A stretch of 64,000 nucleotides of DNA, from assembly GCA_035500505.1 (NCBI GenBank), contig DATJXE010000003.1:267605-331604 (forward strand), read 5' to 3'. Origin of the DNA: Minisyncoccota bacterium (lineage in GTDB: Bacteria > Patescibacteriota > Minisyncoccia > Phycocordibacterales > UBA2100). The position numbers and the translations under genes were made by a program. The notes under the pieces are model-generated. The model was given only the letters and a program-made list of their open reading frames with translations, did not search any database and was not told the origin of the DNA. Positions 8,513 to 17,582 of the stretch are shown one piece after another (position 1 is the stretch's first letter; every line of letters starts with the position of its first letter).

Positions 8513-8977
8513 ATGGCACACATCCACGAGAAGATAGATTTTACCGTAACTGTTTTCGTCGTATATCGCCATAAAGTTCTCCTGCGCAAGCACGAAAAGT
8601 ATGGTTTGTGGCTCGCACCCGGCGGGCATGTCGAACTCGACGAAGATCCGACGCAAGCCGCACTAAGGGAGGTGAAAGAGGAGGTCGGCCTCGATTTGAT
8701 ATTGGTCGGCAACCCAATACCACCGATCGTTGGTACGAAACGATACCGACAACTTCTTCCGCCGAAATACTTAAACAGGCATATTGCGGATAATAATGGA
8801 CACGAACATGTCGATTCCGTGTACTTTGCTCGTTCGGAAACAGACGTGATCATCCCAGAGGACCCTTCCGACGAATGCCGTTGGTTGACGAAAGAAGAGG
8901 TTGAGAAGAACGAACTCAGTATCCCCGAGGATGTGCGATGGTATGCACTCGATGCCCTCAAAGAGCTCGCTTCGTGA
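8513..8977 (+). CDS. NUDIX hydrolase
   Basis: Nudix box GGHVELDEDPTQAALREVKEEVGL (GX5EX7REUXEEXGU). Confidence 0.9.
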   Translation: MAHIHEKIDFTVTVFVVYRHKVLLRKHEKYGLWLAPGGHVELDEDPTQAALREVKEEVGLDLILVGNPIPPIVGTKRYRQLLPPKYLNRHIADNNGHEHVDSVYFARSETDVIIPEDPSDECRWLTKEEVEKNELSIPEDVRWYALDALKELAS

Positions 8978-9026
8978 GTGTGCATAGGCGCGTTGCGCCT
9001 CCTGGGGGTCGTGCCACAATACGACC

Positions 9027-10706
9027 ATGAGAACCCAATCGTCCCTCGTCGGTTTTTCGCTGGCGCTCCTATTGCCGGCATTCGCGCTCGCGGCACAGAC
9101 CACCGTCTCGCTCGGCGCGGGCTACATCAACCCATCGACGGTCGTCGTGAACGCGGGCGACACGGTGGTGTGGAACAACGTGAGTTCGAGCCAACAGGTG
9201 GTCATCGCCAACAATGGCTCATTCCAAAGCGGTGCGATCGCGCCCGGCGGACAGTTCGCGGCGACCTTCAACACCGGCGGCACCTACAACTACTACGACA
9301 ACGCAACCGGTTCCGCGATCTCGGGAACCGTCATCGTCAGCGGGACGTCCATCGTGCCGCAGCCGACGTACGTGACCACACCGACGCAGTCGGGCGTCAC
9401 GGCCGCATCGCTCGCAGCGGAGGTCCAGGCGCTGATAGCGGAGATAAACGCCATCCAAGGGCAATCTGGCTCAGGCGTCGTCGCGCCGACATCGTCCGGC
9501 GCGTGCCCGCAAATAGGGCGCGTACTCGGCCTCGGCTCTTCCGGAAGCGATGTATCCAGCTTGCAGGCGTTCCTCGCGGCGAATCCCTCGATATATCCCG
9601 AAGGGCAGATCACCGGCTACTACGGTGCCCTCACGCAAGCTGCCGTCCAGCGTTGGCAGGTGACGTATCACATCGTTTCCTCCGGCAGTCCGTCCACGAC
9701 CGGCTACGGACAAGTCGGCCCGCGGACCGCAGCTGCAATGGCGATCGTGTGCGGTGGCGGCACCTACAACGGCGTCGGCCCGAGTACGGGGACTTCCGGC
9801 TCCAACACGGTGAGCGGATTCATCCAGGTTTCCCCGGTCTCCGGAGCTGCGCCGCTCTCGACCAACATCGTCGCCACCGTGAACACGGCGAACGCGTGCG
9901 GCGGCGCGACGTACACGCTCAATTTCGGCGACGGCACCGCGCCGCAGCTCATCCCGACAGCGCCCGGGAACTGTACGCAGCAAAACCAGACCTTCCAGCA
10001 CACGTACCAGTACGGTGGTTCGTACACCGTTACGCTTTCTGCGGGCTCGCACCAGTCGACCGCCGTAGTGACGGTCTCCGGCCCCGGAGGATATTCGACG
10101 GGCACGACGAATTCCTCGCAGCCGACCGGTTCCATCACCGCGCTCATCTCTTCCGGTCCCGCGCCGCTCAACGCGACGTTCTACGTCTCATGCGCTTCCG
10201 GGCTCGCATACGACGTCGTCTTCGGCGACGGCACCGACCTCGGCAGCACCGGCGTGTCGCAATCGAGCTGCAACGGTGGTCTGCAGGGGGTCGCACACAC
10301 CTATTCGAGCAACGGCAGTTATACCGCGCAACTTGAGATATTCGTGCGCAATTCCAACGGGACGGTAACGCCTACCAGCGTCGCGTCGCAGCCCATCATC
10401 GTCGGTTCAGGTTCGTCGGGCTCTTCCGGCTCGAATTCGACCACGTATCAGCCGCCGACCGTGACGCCGAATGTTGGTGGCAACCCGCTTGCGGTCTCGC
10501 TCCAATACGGCTATGACACGAACGGCTGCCAGGTCTCAATACAATGGGGCGACGGCACCGCCATCAACCCGACCGGCTGCTCGACGTTCTCCGGCCAGAC
10601 CCAAACGTACACGCAAACTCATACGTATGCGCAGGCAGGTTCCTACACCATCACGCTGCAACGGGCCTCCCAGACGAACAGCGTCGGTGTTTCCATCACG
10701 AATTGA
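9027..10706 (+). CDS. secreted multidomain protein: degenerate cupredoxin-like domain, PG-binding domain, PKD-like repeats
   Basis: Signal peptide; GDTVVWNN...GTYNYYDNATG cupredoxin-like fold lacking Cu ligands; LGLGSSGSDVSSLQAFL...GYYGALTQAAVQRWQ PG_binding_1 pattern; repeated FGDGT/WGDGT PKD signatures. Confidence 0.8.
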   Translation: MRTQSSLVGFSLALLLPAFALAAQTTVSLGAGYINPSTVVVNAGDTVVWNNVSSSQQVVIANNGSFQSGAIAPGGQFAATFNTGGTYNYYDNATGSAISGTVIVSGTSIVPQPTYVTTPTQSGVTAASLAAEVQALIAEINAIQGQSGSGVVAPTSSGACPQIGRVLGLGSSGSDVSSLQAFLAANPSIYPEGQITGYYGALTQAAVQRWQVTYHIVSSGSPSTTGYGQVGPRTAAAMAIVCGGGTYNGVGPSTGTSGSNTVSGFIQVSPVSGAAPLSTNIVATVNTANACGGATYTLNFGDGTAPQLIPTAPGNCTQQNQTFQHTYQYGGSYTVTLSAGSHQSTAVVTVSGPGGYSTGTTNSSQPTGSITALISSGPAPLNATFYVSCASGLAYDVVFGDGTDLGSTGVSQSSCNGGLQGVAHTYSSNGSYTAQLEIFVRNSNGTVTPTSVASQPIIVGSGSSGSSGSNSTTYQPPTVTPNVGGNPLAVSLQYGYDTNGCQVSIQWGDGTAINPTGCSTFSGQTQTYTQTHTYAQAGSYTITLQRASQTNSVGVSITN

Positions 10707-10707
10707 T

Positions 10708-11436
10708 ATGCGAACATTTCGCGTGATCACGGTCTCGTTCGTCGTGCTAGTCGTCCCGCTCGTGGCGTCCGCGCAAAGCACCAACGCCTCCGTTTCCGCG
10801 CTCCTTGCGCAGATAACGGCGCTCCAACAGCAAATAGCCACCCTCACCGGCAGCACGTCTGCGGCGACCTCGGCAGCTTCGACCGGAGGCTCGTACGTTC
10901 CGGCCGCATGCCCGCTTCTTACTCGTTCGCTTTCGCTCGGAGCAAGCGGCGCGGACGTTGCCTCGCTCCAATCGTTCCTCATCGCACAAGGCGACCTGCA
11001 GGCTTCCGCGACCGGCTACTTTGGCACGTTGACGCAGGCGGCCGTTTCGCAGTGGCAACAGCAACATGGCGTGGTCGCCGGGGGCGACCCAACGGCGGTC
11101 GGCCTGGGCGTCGTCGGGCCAAAGACGCGCGCGGCGATACAAACTTCGTGCGCCGGCGCAGGCCAGTCTTCCGTGCAAAACCCTTCGAAAACACAGTGTC
11201 TTCCCGCATCGCCGCCGCAAACGAATTGTTCGACGGGTTGGAAACGCGTGCTCGACTCGGCGGGTTGCACGATGTACTACCAATGCTCGATATCGCTGCC
11301 CACGCCCAGCGCTGCGACATCATCATCGTCCGGAACATCCTGTCCGCTCGTCAACAAGCCGGTGTGTTCAGGAGCGGTGACGCCGTTCCAGACCAACGCG
11401 AACGGCTGCATCGTTTCGTATCAGTGCACCATCTGA
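10708..11436 (+). CDS. secreted PG-binding domain protein with Cys-rich C-terminus
   Basis: Signal peptide MRTFRVITVSFVVLVVPLVASA; LSLGASGADVASLQSFL...GYFGTLTQAAVSQWQ PG-binding motif; 10 Cys in the C-terminal 100 aa. Confidence 0.75.
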   Translation: MRTFRVITVSFVVLVVPLVASAQSTNASVSALLAQITALQQQIATLTGSTSAATSAASTGGSYVPAACPLLTRSLSLGASGADVASLQSFLIAQGDLQASATGYFGTLTQAAVSQWQQQHGVVAGGDPTAVGLGVVGPKTRAAIQTSCAGAGQSSVQNPSKTQCLPASPPQTNCSTGWKRVLDSAGCTMYYQCSISLPTPSAATSSSSGTSCPLVNKPVCSGAVTPFQTNANGCIVSYQCTI

Positions 11437-11438
11437 CC

Positions 11439-13595
11439 TTATTCCGCGTGCAACTCGCTCGCAGTTTCCTCGATGCGCTCGGCGAGCGCTTGGTGCTGCG
11501 AAAGTGCCGGGTCGCGCTCGATGAGCGCCTGCGCTTCCTGCCGTGCCGCTGCGATGAGGCGCGGGTTTTTCAGCGCTTCCATACCGAGGTCGGAAACGCC
11601 CCACTGCGCTCTGCCGAAGAGATCTCCCGCGCCGCGGTTCTCGAGATCGGCTTCTGCGAGCTTGAATCCGTCGTCGGACCTTTCCAGTGTTCGCAAGCGC
11701 TTGAGCGAAATGTCGCTCTTCGATCCGGTGAAGAGAAAGCAGATGGGAGGGTGAGACGAGCGCATGACCCGTCCACGCAATTGGTGTAGCTGCGAAAGGC
11801 CGAACCGCTCGGCGCCTTCGATGATGATGGCGGTCGCGTTCGGCACATTGACGCCGACCTCGACGACGGACGTCGCGACGAGTACGTCGATCGTTCCGGC
11901 GGAAAAGTCGCTCATGACGGCATCTTTTTCCGAAGGCTTCATCGCGCCGTGCAAAAGGCCGACGGTGAACTCCGGGAACACCTCTTTCTTGAGCCGCGCG
12001 CTTTCCGCCTTGGCCGACTTCGCCTGCAGTGCGTTCTGGTTCGCCGGGTCCGGCTCTTCGATGCGCGGGCAAATGACATACGCCTGCCGCCCTTGCTGCA
12101 GTTGCGCTCGCACGGCCTCGTAGGCGCTTTCGCGTCCTTTCGGCTGCACGATCATCGTCCGTATCTTTGCGCGACCGGGCGGCAGTTCGTCGAGCACCGA
12201 AATGTCCAGGTCGCCGTATATCGTGAGTGCGAGCGTGCGGGGGATCGGTGTCGCCGTCATCGATAGAAAGTGCGGCGCGGCGTCGCCTTTGTGCGCAAGT
12301 GCGCGCCGCTGCCGTGTCCCGAAGCGGTGTTGCTCGTCGACGATGGCGTAGGCGAGGTGCTGGAATTTCACGGATCTTTGGATGAGCGCATGCGTGCCGA
12401 GCAGTATCGCTATCTCGCCGTTGCCGACCCACTTTAAAAGCTGCGCGCGTGAAATATCGGTCGCTTTTCCGGGGGAGGATTTTGACGGGAATTTTTTGCA
12501 GCCGGAACCCGTGATGAGCCCGATCTGGATAGGCAGGTCTTTGAAATATTCGATGAACGATTCGAAATGCTGCTGCGCAAGTATTTCCGTCGGCGCCATA
12601 TAGGCGACCTGCAGCGTACCGCTTTCTCGGCCTGGCGGACGCGACGTCACGACCGCGTAGCTCGTCGCCGCGGCGACGAGCGTTTTGCCCGAACCGACGT
12701 CGCCCTCGAGAAGCCGCGCCATCGGATGCCCGCCGTCGAAATCAGCGCAGATATCCTGTATAGCGCGCGTTTGCGCCGAGGTGGGTGGGAAGGGAACCGA
12801 ACTCAAGAAGGTTGTTGCAGCTTGCAGCGCTCCTCGTACGGGGAACGACGGTTGTGCATCGTTTTGCGCGCGATCGAGCGCGCGAGAGATCTGTATCGCG
12901 AATATTTCTTCGAAAGAGAATCGTTTTCGAGCCGCTTCCGCGTGCGGCAAGGTGTCCGGCGTGTGAACGTACCGCAGTGCGGCACCGAGCTCCGGCAGGT
13001 GATAGCGCTCAAGCACCTCGCGCGGGATAGGGTCTTCCATCGAATCCAAAACTCCCGACGTGAGAATGCGCGCGATGGCGTGCCGGAACCACAATGAGGT
13101 CACCCCGCGACTTTCCGGATACACCGCGAAGAATTCCGTTTTGTTCTTGCCCTTCGCTCCCGCCTTGGCGAACATGCCGGCTTCCGTCCGGTCGGCGAGT
13201 TCGACGTGCGGATTCGCCAGGTAAAGTTTCCGGTCCTTGCCGCCGATCTGTCCGACTGCTTTCACGAAGGCGCCTTCTGTGAATTTTTTTGCGAGGTACG
13301 GCTGGTGGAACCACATCACCTTGATCTTGCCGCTCCCATCCTCGATGACCGCCTCACCGATGGGGATCTTGCGCTTCCACGAGCGCCGCGTCTCGAGTTT
13401 TTTGATGGTGCCGTAGATCGTTGCTTCCTGTCCGGGCGCGAGGCCCGCTATGGATTCCTCATTGCCACTCTGGTCGTAGCGCGAGGGGAGATGGTACAGA
13501 AGCTCGGCTATCGTCCCTATGCCGAGCTTCCTGAGCGCGCGCTCCTGTATAGGTGTGAGGCGGAAGTGCCTCGAAAGCGAGTCGTCGGGATGCAT
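11439..13595 (-). CDS. recG: ATP-dependent DNA helicase RecG
   Basis: N-terminal wedge domain; helicase motifs GDVGSGKT and DEQHRFG; C-terminal helicase domain. Confidence 0.92.
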   Translation of the reverse strand: MHPDDSLSRHFRLTPIQERALRKLGIGTIAELLYHLPSRYDQSGNEESIAGLAPGQEATIYGTIKKLETRRSWKRKIPIGEAVIEDGSGKIKVMWFHQPYLAKKFTEGAFVKAVGQIGGKDRKLYLANPHVELADRTEAGMFAKAGAKGKNKTEFFAVYPESRGVTSLWFRHAIARILTSGVLDSMEDPIPREVLERYHLPELGAALRYVHTPDTLPHAEAARKRFSFEEIFAIQISRALDRAQNDAQPSFPVRGALQAATTFLSSVPFPPTSAQTRAIQDICADFDGGHPMARLLEGDVGSGKTLVAAATSYAVVTSRPPGRESGTLQVAYMAPTEILAQQHFESFIEYFKDLPIQIGLITGSGCKKFPSKSSPGKATDISRAQLLKWVGNGEIAILLGTHALIQRSVKFQHLAYAIVDEQHRFGTRQRRALAHKGDAAPHFLSMTATPIPRTLALTIYGDLDISVLDELPPGRAKIRTMIVQPKGRESAYEAVRAQLQQGRQAYVICPRIEEPDPANQNALQAKSAKAESARLKKEVFPEFTVGLLHGAMKPSEKDAVMSDFSAGTIDVLVATSVVEVGVNVPNATAIIIEGAERFGLSQLHQLRGRVMRSSHPPICFLFTGSKSDISLKRLRTLERSDDGFKLAEADLENRGAGDLFGRAQWGVSDLGMEALKNPRLIAAARQEAQALIERDPALSQHQALAERIEETASELHAE

Positions 13596-13708
13596 AACGG
13601 CATGATACCCGATGTACTATCCACAGTCGCGCGATTTTTCTCTTGCGTCCCGGTATAGCGTCGATACTATAATCGTGTCGATGAATTATTTGTCACACCA
13701 AATAGTAC

Positions 13709-13864
13709 ATGGCATACGACGATAAAAAGAAAAAGCGCCGTTCGGAAGACGACGAAGAGAAGCCCGAGGAGCCGAGCGAAGACGAACTCGAGGAAGAAGA
13801 CGAGGATGACGAAGAAGACGACCTCGCACTCGGCACCCAGGAAGAGGACGATAAGTGGGAATAA
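13709..13864 (+). CDS. tiny highly acidic protein (51 aa, >55% D/E)
   Basis: ATG...TAA ORF below the 60-aa cutoff of the ORF track: MAYDDKKKKRRSEDDEEKPEEPSEDELEEEDEDDEEDDLALGTQEEDDKWE. The listed minus-strand ORFs here are its reverse frames. Confidence 0.35.
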   Translation: MAYDDKKKKRRSEDDEEKPEEPSEDELEEEDEDDEEDDLALGTQEEDDKWE

Positions 13865-13936
13865 ATAAGGAGGGGCGCCGCCGCGGCTGACGTGGCGGCG
13901 CTTGCCGTATACTTCCAGCGGCGTATACTCCAGTCC

Positions 13937-14272
13937 ATGCATACGGTCCTGCGCTACCTCGGCACCGTCGCTGCGATACTTCTCACGGTCTACATCGTAC
14001 CGGGCGTGACCATCTCCGGCGGGTGGGTCAACGTGCTTTTGGCCGCACTCGTGTGGTCGGTCATCACGCTCCTCATCCGTCCCGTCCTTTCATTCCTCAC
14101 GCTCCCCATCACCATCCTCACGTTCGGGCTCTCCGCGCTGATACTGAACGCGCTCTTGTTTTGGGCCATGACGCTCATCGTACCGGGATTCGCGGTCGCC
14201 GGTTTCTTCAGCGCCCTCTTGGGTGTCGTCGTTCTCTCGGTGCTCTCGTGGTTCATCCACCTCGTGCTCTAG
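13937..14272 (+). CDS. phage-holin-superfamily-IV-like membrane protein (DUF360-like)
   Basis: 3-4 TM helices; pattern VPGVTISGGWVNVLLAALVWSVITLLIRPVLSFLTLPITILTFGLSALILNALLF resembles Phage_holin_4_2/YvlD. Confidence 0.5.
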   Translation: MHTVLRYLGTVAAILLTVYIVPGVTISGGWVNVLLAALVWSVITLLIRPVLSFLTLPITILTFGLSALILNALLFWAMTLIVPGFAVAGFFSALLGVVVLSVLSWFIHLVL

Positions 14273-14273
14273 G

Positions 14274-15173
14274 TCAGCTCATCAATATCCCGCCGAACAC
14301 CAGAAGCGCGATGGCGGCCGCTTTCCACTGTAATCTCCCGCGCGCGAATTTTTCCTCAACACGCAGGCGCAGCACGTCCTGCGCGAGATAGGTCGCGACG
14401 AATAGCACCAGCGGCTCGAGCGATTGCATCGCGCTCACCTGAGAAACTGCCGCGAAAACCAACGCCTGGGTCCACAAAATGGTGCTGCCGGCATCGAATG
14501 CTTTGCTTATTGCGATGCGCGGGAGGTAGCTGCGCGCGGCGCGTCCCCACAACTGGGATGATTTTCCCTGCAGGAGAACGATGACGAGCAGCATGGCCGT
14601 CATCGCGAGCCCGTAGCTCGCGCAGAAACCGATAGAGCCGATGCCATAGGCGGCGTGCGCATACTTGAAAGCATACCCCTCGATGCCGACATAGAGCGCG
14701 CTGTAGAGGAACATGACCCACACGACGGGCGACCAGGCTTTATTGAAATGGTGTGTCTTGTTGTCTATCGCAAATGCGAACCCGCCGAGAACCATCAAAA
14801 CGATGCCGAATACCTCCTGCCCGGAGAACGACGTGTGCAGCACGTTCGTGTCGATGACCAAGAAGAGGAACGGGGCCAAGTACGACATGGCGCCGATGCC
14901 GAGGACCTCGATGTGCCGCAGAAGGTAGGTATAAAAAAGTGAATTGATGACGCCCGCGACCGCGACAAGAAAGACCACGGGCGCAAAAAGCAACTGTATG
15001 CCGCCCCAGAAGCCGAGGAGTCCGATCAGGGCCGTGAACAAGGAGAAAAAAACGAGGCGCCAGAAGGTCGCCACCATCGAATCGATCTTTCGATTGCTCG
15101 CGATGGCGAATTTATCCACGACACTCTCTCCCGCCGAAGCGATCAAAGAGCCAAGCACATACAGCTGCCACAT
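14274..15173 (-). CDS. DMT/EamA-family transporter
   Basis: ~10 TM segments in two tandem EamA-like halves. Confidence 0.7.
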   Translation of the reverse strand: MWQLYVLGSLIASAGESVVDKFAIASNRKIDSMVATFWRLVFFSLFTALIGLLGFWGGIQLLFAPVVFLVAVAGVINSLFYTYLLRHIEVLGIGAMSYLAPFLFLVIDTNVLHTSFSGQEVFGIVLMVLGGFAFAIDNKTHHFNKAWSPVVWVMFLYSALYVGIEGYAFKYAHAAYGIGSIGFCASYGLAMTAMLLVIVLLQGKSSQLWGRAARSYLPRIAISKAFDAGSTILWTQALVFAAVSQVSAMQSLEPLVLFVATYLAQDVLRLRVEEKFARGRLQWKAAAIALLVFGGILMS

Positions 15174-15283
15174 AGGAGCAGTATAAGATATCCACGGCTA
15201 TGGGCCTTCGGATTGTCCCAAAGACCAGCCCGGACGTGTCGGTTGTCATTTCCCACTTTCTGAACTACTATTATCCGACTTAT

Positions 15284-15970
15284 ATGGAACGAAGCACTCA
15301 AATGTGGCTCGTCGGCGGATTCATCGTTGTTGTCGTCGCGGTCGTCGTTATCGCGGCGGTGGCCTCGCAGGGCGCGCAGCCGGGCACGACGTTCGTCGCG
15401 ACCACGGTGCCCGCGATAGACTCGACCGATCACGTGAAAGGCGACACGAACTCGAAGGTTTCCGTCATCGAGTACGGCGATTTTGAGTGTCCGGCGTGCG
15501 GTGAGTGGGAGCCCATCGTCGAGCAGGTCGAGGCCGACTACGGCAACCGCGTCGAGTTCGTCTTCCGCAACTTCCCGCTCTACCAGATCCACCCCAACGC
15601 GAAGATCGCGGCGCAGGCCGCAGAGGCCGCCGGCTTGCAGGGCAAATATTGGGAAATGCACGACCTTCTCTACAAGAACCAGAACAACTGGGTCAACGCC
15701 TCGAATAACAGCGTCGTTTCGCAGTTCTTCGACGGATACGCGCAATCGCTCGGGCTCGACGTGACGAAATTCAACGCCGACATAACCTCTTCCGCCGTCA
15801 TCGCGCGCGTGCAGCGCGACATCGATTCCGGCGACACTGCAAAAATAGACCACACGCCGACCTTCTTCGTGGACCTTGCCCAGATCCAGAATCCGACAGG
15901 CCTGCAGCAATTCGAACAGGTCATCGACCAGGCGCTCGCGTCGTCGAGCGCCGCAACCTCGACCAAATAA
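15284..15970 (+). CDS. DsbA-family thiol:disulfide oxidoreductase (membrane-anchored)
   Basis: N-terminal TM; CPAC active site within a thioredoxin fold (EYGDFECPACGEWEP). Confidence 0.8.
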   Translation: MERSTQMWLVGGFIVVVVAVVVIAAVASQGAQPGTTFVATTVPAIDSTDHVKGDTNSKVSVIEYGDFECPACGEWEPIVEQVEADYGNRVEFVFRNFPLYQIHPNAKIAAQAAEAAGLQGKYWEMHDLLYKNQNNWVNASNNSVVSQFFDGYAQSLGLDVTKFNADITSSAVIARVQRDIDSGDTAKIDHTPTFFVDLAQIQNPTGLQQFEQVIDQALASSSAATSTK

Positions 15971-15971
15971 C

Positions 15972-16508
15972 ATGTCTGCGTTCGCTTCGACGCTTATCTA
16001 CCTGATGGCGCTCGGCACCGTCCTGCTTGATGCGGCCATCGTCGTAAAGGTGTTCGCGCTTTTCCACCGACCTTCACGCGCGCAGATCGTCCGCGGCGGG
16101 CGCAGCTACGGCCTTCTTGCGATATTCATTCTCTCGGCCCTTTCGATCGCGGGGACGCTTTTCATGCAATATGCGGGCGCCCTCCCGCCCTGCGTTCTGT
16201 GCTGGTGGCAGCGGATCTTCATGTATCCGATCGCCATCATCTCGCTCATCGCGTTCATCAAGAACGCGAAACTATCCGACATCGCCGATTACGTGCTCGC
16301 GCTCTCGTTCCTGGGTGCCTTAGTCGCTTTGTACCAGCACCTCTTGCAGGTGTTGCCGCAAGGCTCGCTCATTCCGTGCGACGCGACGAACGATTGTGCG
16401 GTGCGCAGCGTCTTCTACTTCAACTTCGTCACCATTCCCTGGATGGCTCTCACCGTGTTCGCCGCCGTGTTCTTGATAGCGTTCATCGGGCGAAGATATC
16501 GCTCGTAG
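15972..16508 (+). CDS. dsbB: disulfide bond formation protein B-like
   Basis: 4 TM protein with the PPCVLCWWQRI Cys pair and a second Cys pair (CDATNDC) in the periplasmic loop; immediately follows the DsbA-like gene. Confidence 0.7.
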   Translation: MSAFASTLIYLMALGTVLLDAAIVVKVFALFHRPSRAQIVRGGRSYGLLAIFILSALSIAGTLFMQYAGALPPCVLCWWQRIFMYPIAIISLIAFIKNAKLSDIADYVLALSFLGALVALYQHLLQVLPQGSLIPCDATNDCAVRSVFYFNFVTIPWMALTVFAAVFLIAFIGRRYRS

Positions 16509-16524
16509 TACAATACGTCTCCAC

Positions 16525-17565
16525 ATGGGGTCGAGGAGGAGATCGGCGTTGTTCGGCGCACTCGCTGTCGCGTTGTTTTTCGTTTCCGGTGCGGCATTGT
16601 ATGCGGCGCAGCAAGGCGCATTGCCGCAAGAGGAGAAGCCCGCATCTTCACAAGGCGCCGGTGCGCCGCCGGGCTCTCTTTCGCTCATCATCGAGCCGCA
16701 GGCGGGAACTGCGCCGCTTCAAGAGATGATAAAAAGCGCATCAAGTTCCATCGACCTTGTGATGTACGAATTCGAGGATAAAAATATTGAACAGCTCCTG
16801 GCGCGGCGCGCGAAAGAGGGAATAGCCGTACGCGTCATTCTCGACAACGGATATTTCGGCGAAGGTTCGAGCATCAACGAACAGGCATTCGATTACCTGC
16901 GTTCGAGTGGCGTCTCCGTTCACTGGTCGCCGGAGTATTTCGCCCTCACGCACCAAAAGACGCTCGTGGTCGACGACAATGAAGCGCTCATCATGACATT
17001 CAACCTCACGCCGAAGTACTACAAGTCGGACAGAGATTTTGGCGTCGTAGACACTGATCTAAATGACGTCGCAGCGATAAAAGAAGCTTTCGATTCCGAT
17101 TGGGACGGGAACGCTATCTCGGCGCACAGCGGCGATGACCTCGTGTGGAGTCCGCATTCGCGTGAGCAACTCCTTGCGCTCATCAACGATGCACGGACGT
17201 CGCTTCAGATCTACAACGAGGAAATGGCGGATGCGGGCGTAGTTGCCGCACTCGAGAGTGCGGCGGCCCGCGGCGTTGATGTCGAGATCGTCATGACGTA
17301 TTCGAGCAACTGGAAGCCTGCGTTCCAAGCTCTGTCGGACGCCGGCGCGCATATCCGCACCTACAAAGCGACGGCGCCGCTCTACATCCATGCGAAGGTC
17401 GTTATCGCCGACGGCGCACAAGCGTTCGTCGGCTCGGAAAATTTCTCTTCCACCTCGCTCGATCAGAACCGGGAATTGGGACTCATCCTTTCCGACCCCG
17501 ACGTCGTTGCCTCTCTGCAACGAACGTTCGAACAAGATCGGCAAAGCGCCGCACCGTTCCAGTAG
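16525..17565 (+). CDS. phospholipase D-like (HKD) domain protein, secreted
   Basis: Signal peptide; two HKD motifs (THQKTLVVDD; IHAKVVIADG...GSENFS). Confidence 0.85.
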   Translation: MGSRRRSALFGALAVALFFVSGAALYAAQQGALPQEEKPASSQGAGAPPGSLSLIIEPQAGTAPLQEMIKSASSSIDLVMYEFEDKNIEQLLARRAKEGIAVRVILDNGYFGEGSSINEQAFDYLRSSGVSVHWSPEYFALTHQKTLVVDDNEALIMTFNLTPKYYKSDRDFGVVDTDLNDVAAIKEAFDSDWDGNAISAHSGDDLVWSPHSREQLLALINDARTSLQIYNEEMADAGVVAALESAAARGVDVEIVMTYSSNWKPAFQALSDAGAHIRTYKATAPLYIHAKVVIADGAQAFVGSENFSSTSLDQNRELGLILSDPDVVASLQRTFEQDRQSAAPFQ

Positions 17566-17582
17566 CTGCTACAATATCGGTC

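Noticed and set aside
8978-10336. 452-aa ORF (8978-10336) and other alternative-frame ORFs overlapping the secreted protein gene 9027-10706.
   Set aside because: Arg/His-rich low-complexity translation in an alternative frame of a gene with a clear signal peptide and domain structure.
13667-13942. Minus-strand ORFs 13667-13942 and 13693-13938 (Ser-rich/hydrophobic).
   Set aside because: These are reverse-complement frames of the GAA/GAC-rich acidic ORF; poly-Ser/Leu is the signature of reading an acidic repeat backwards.
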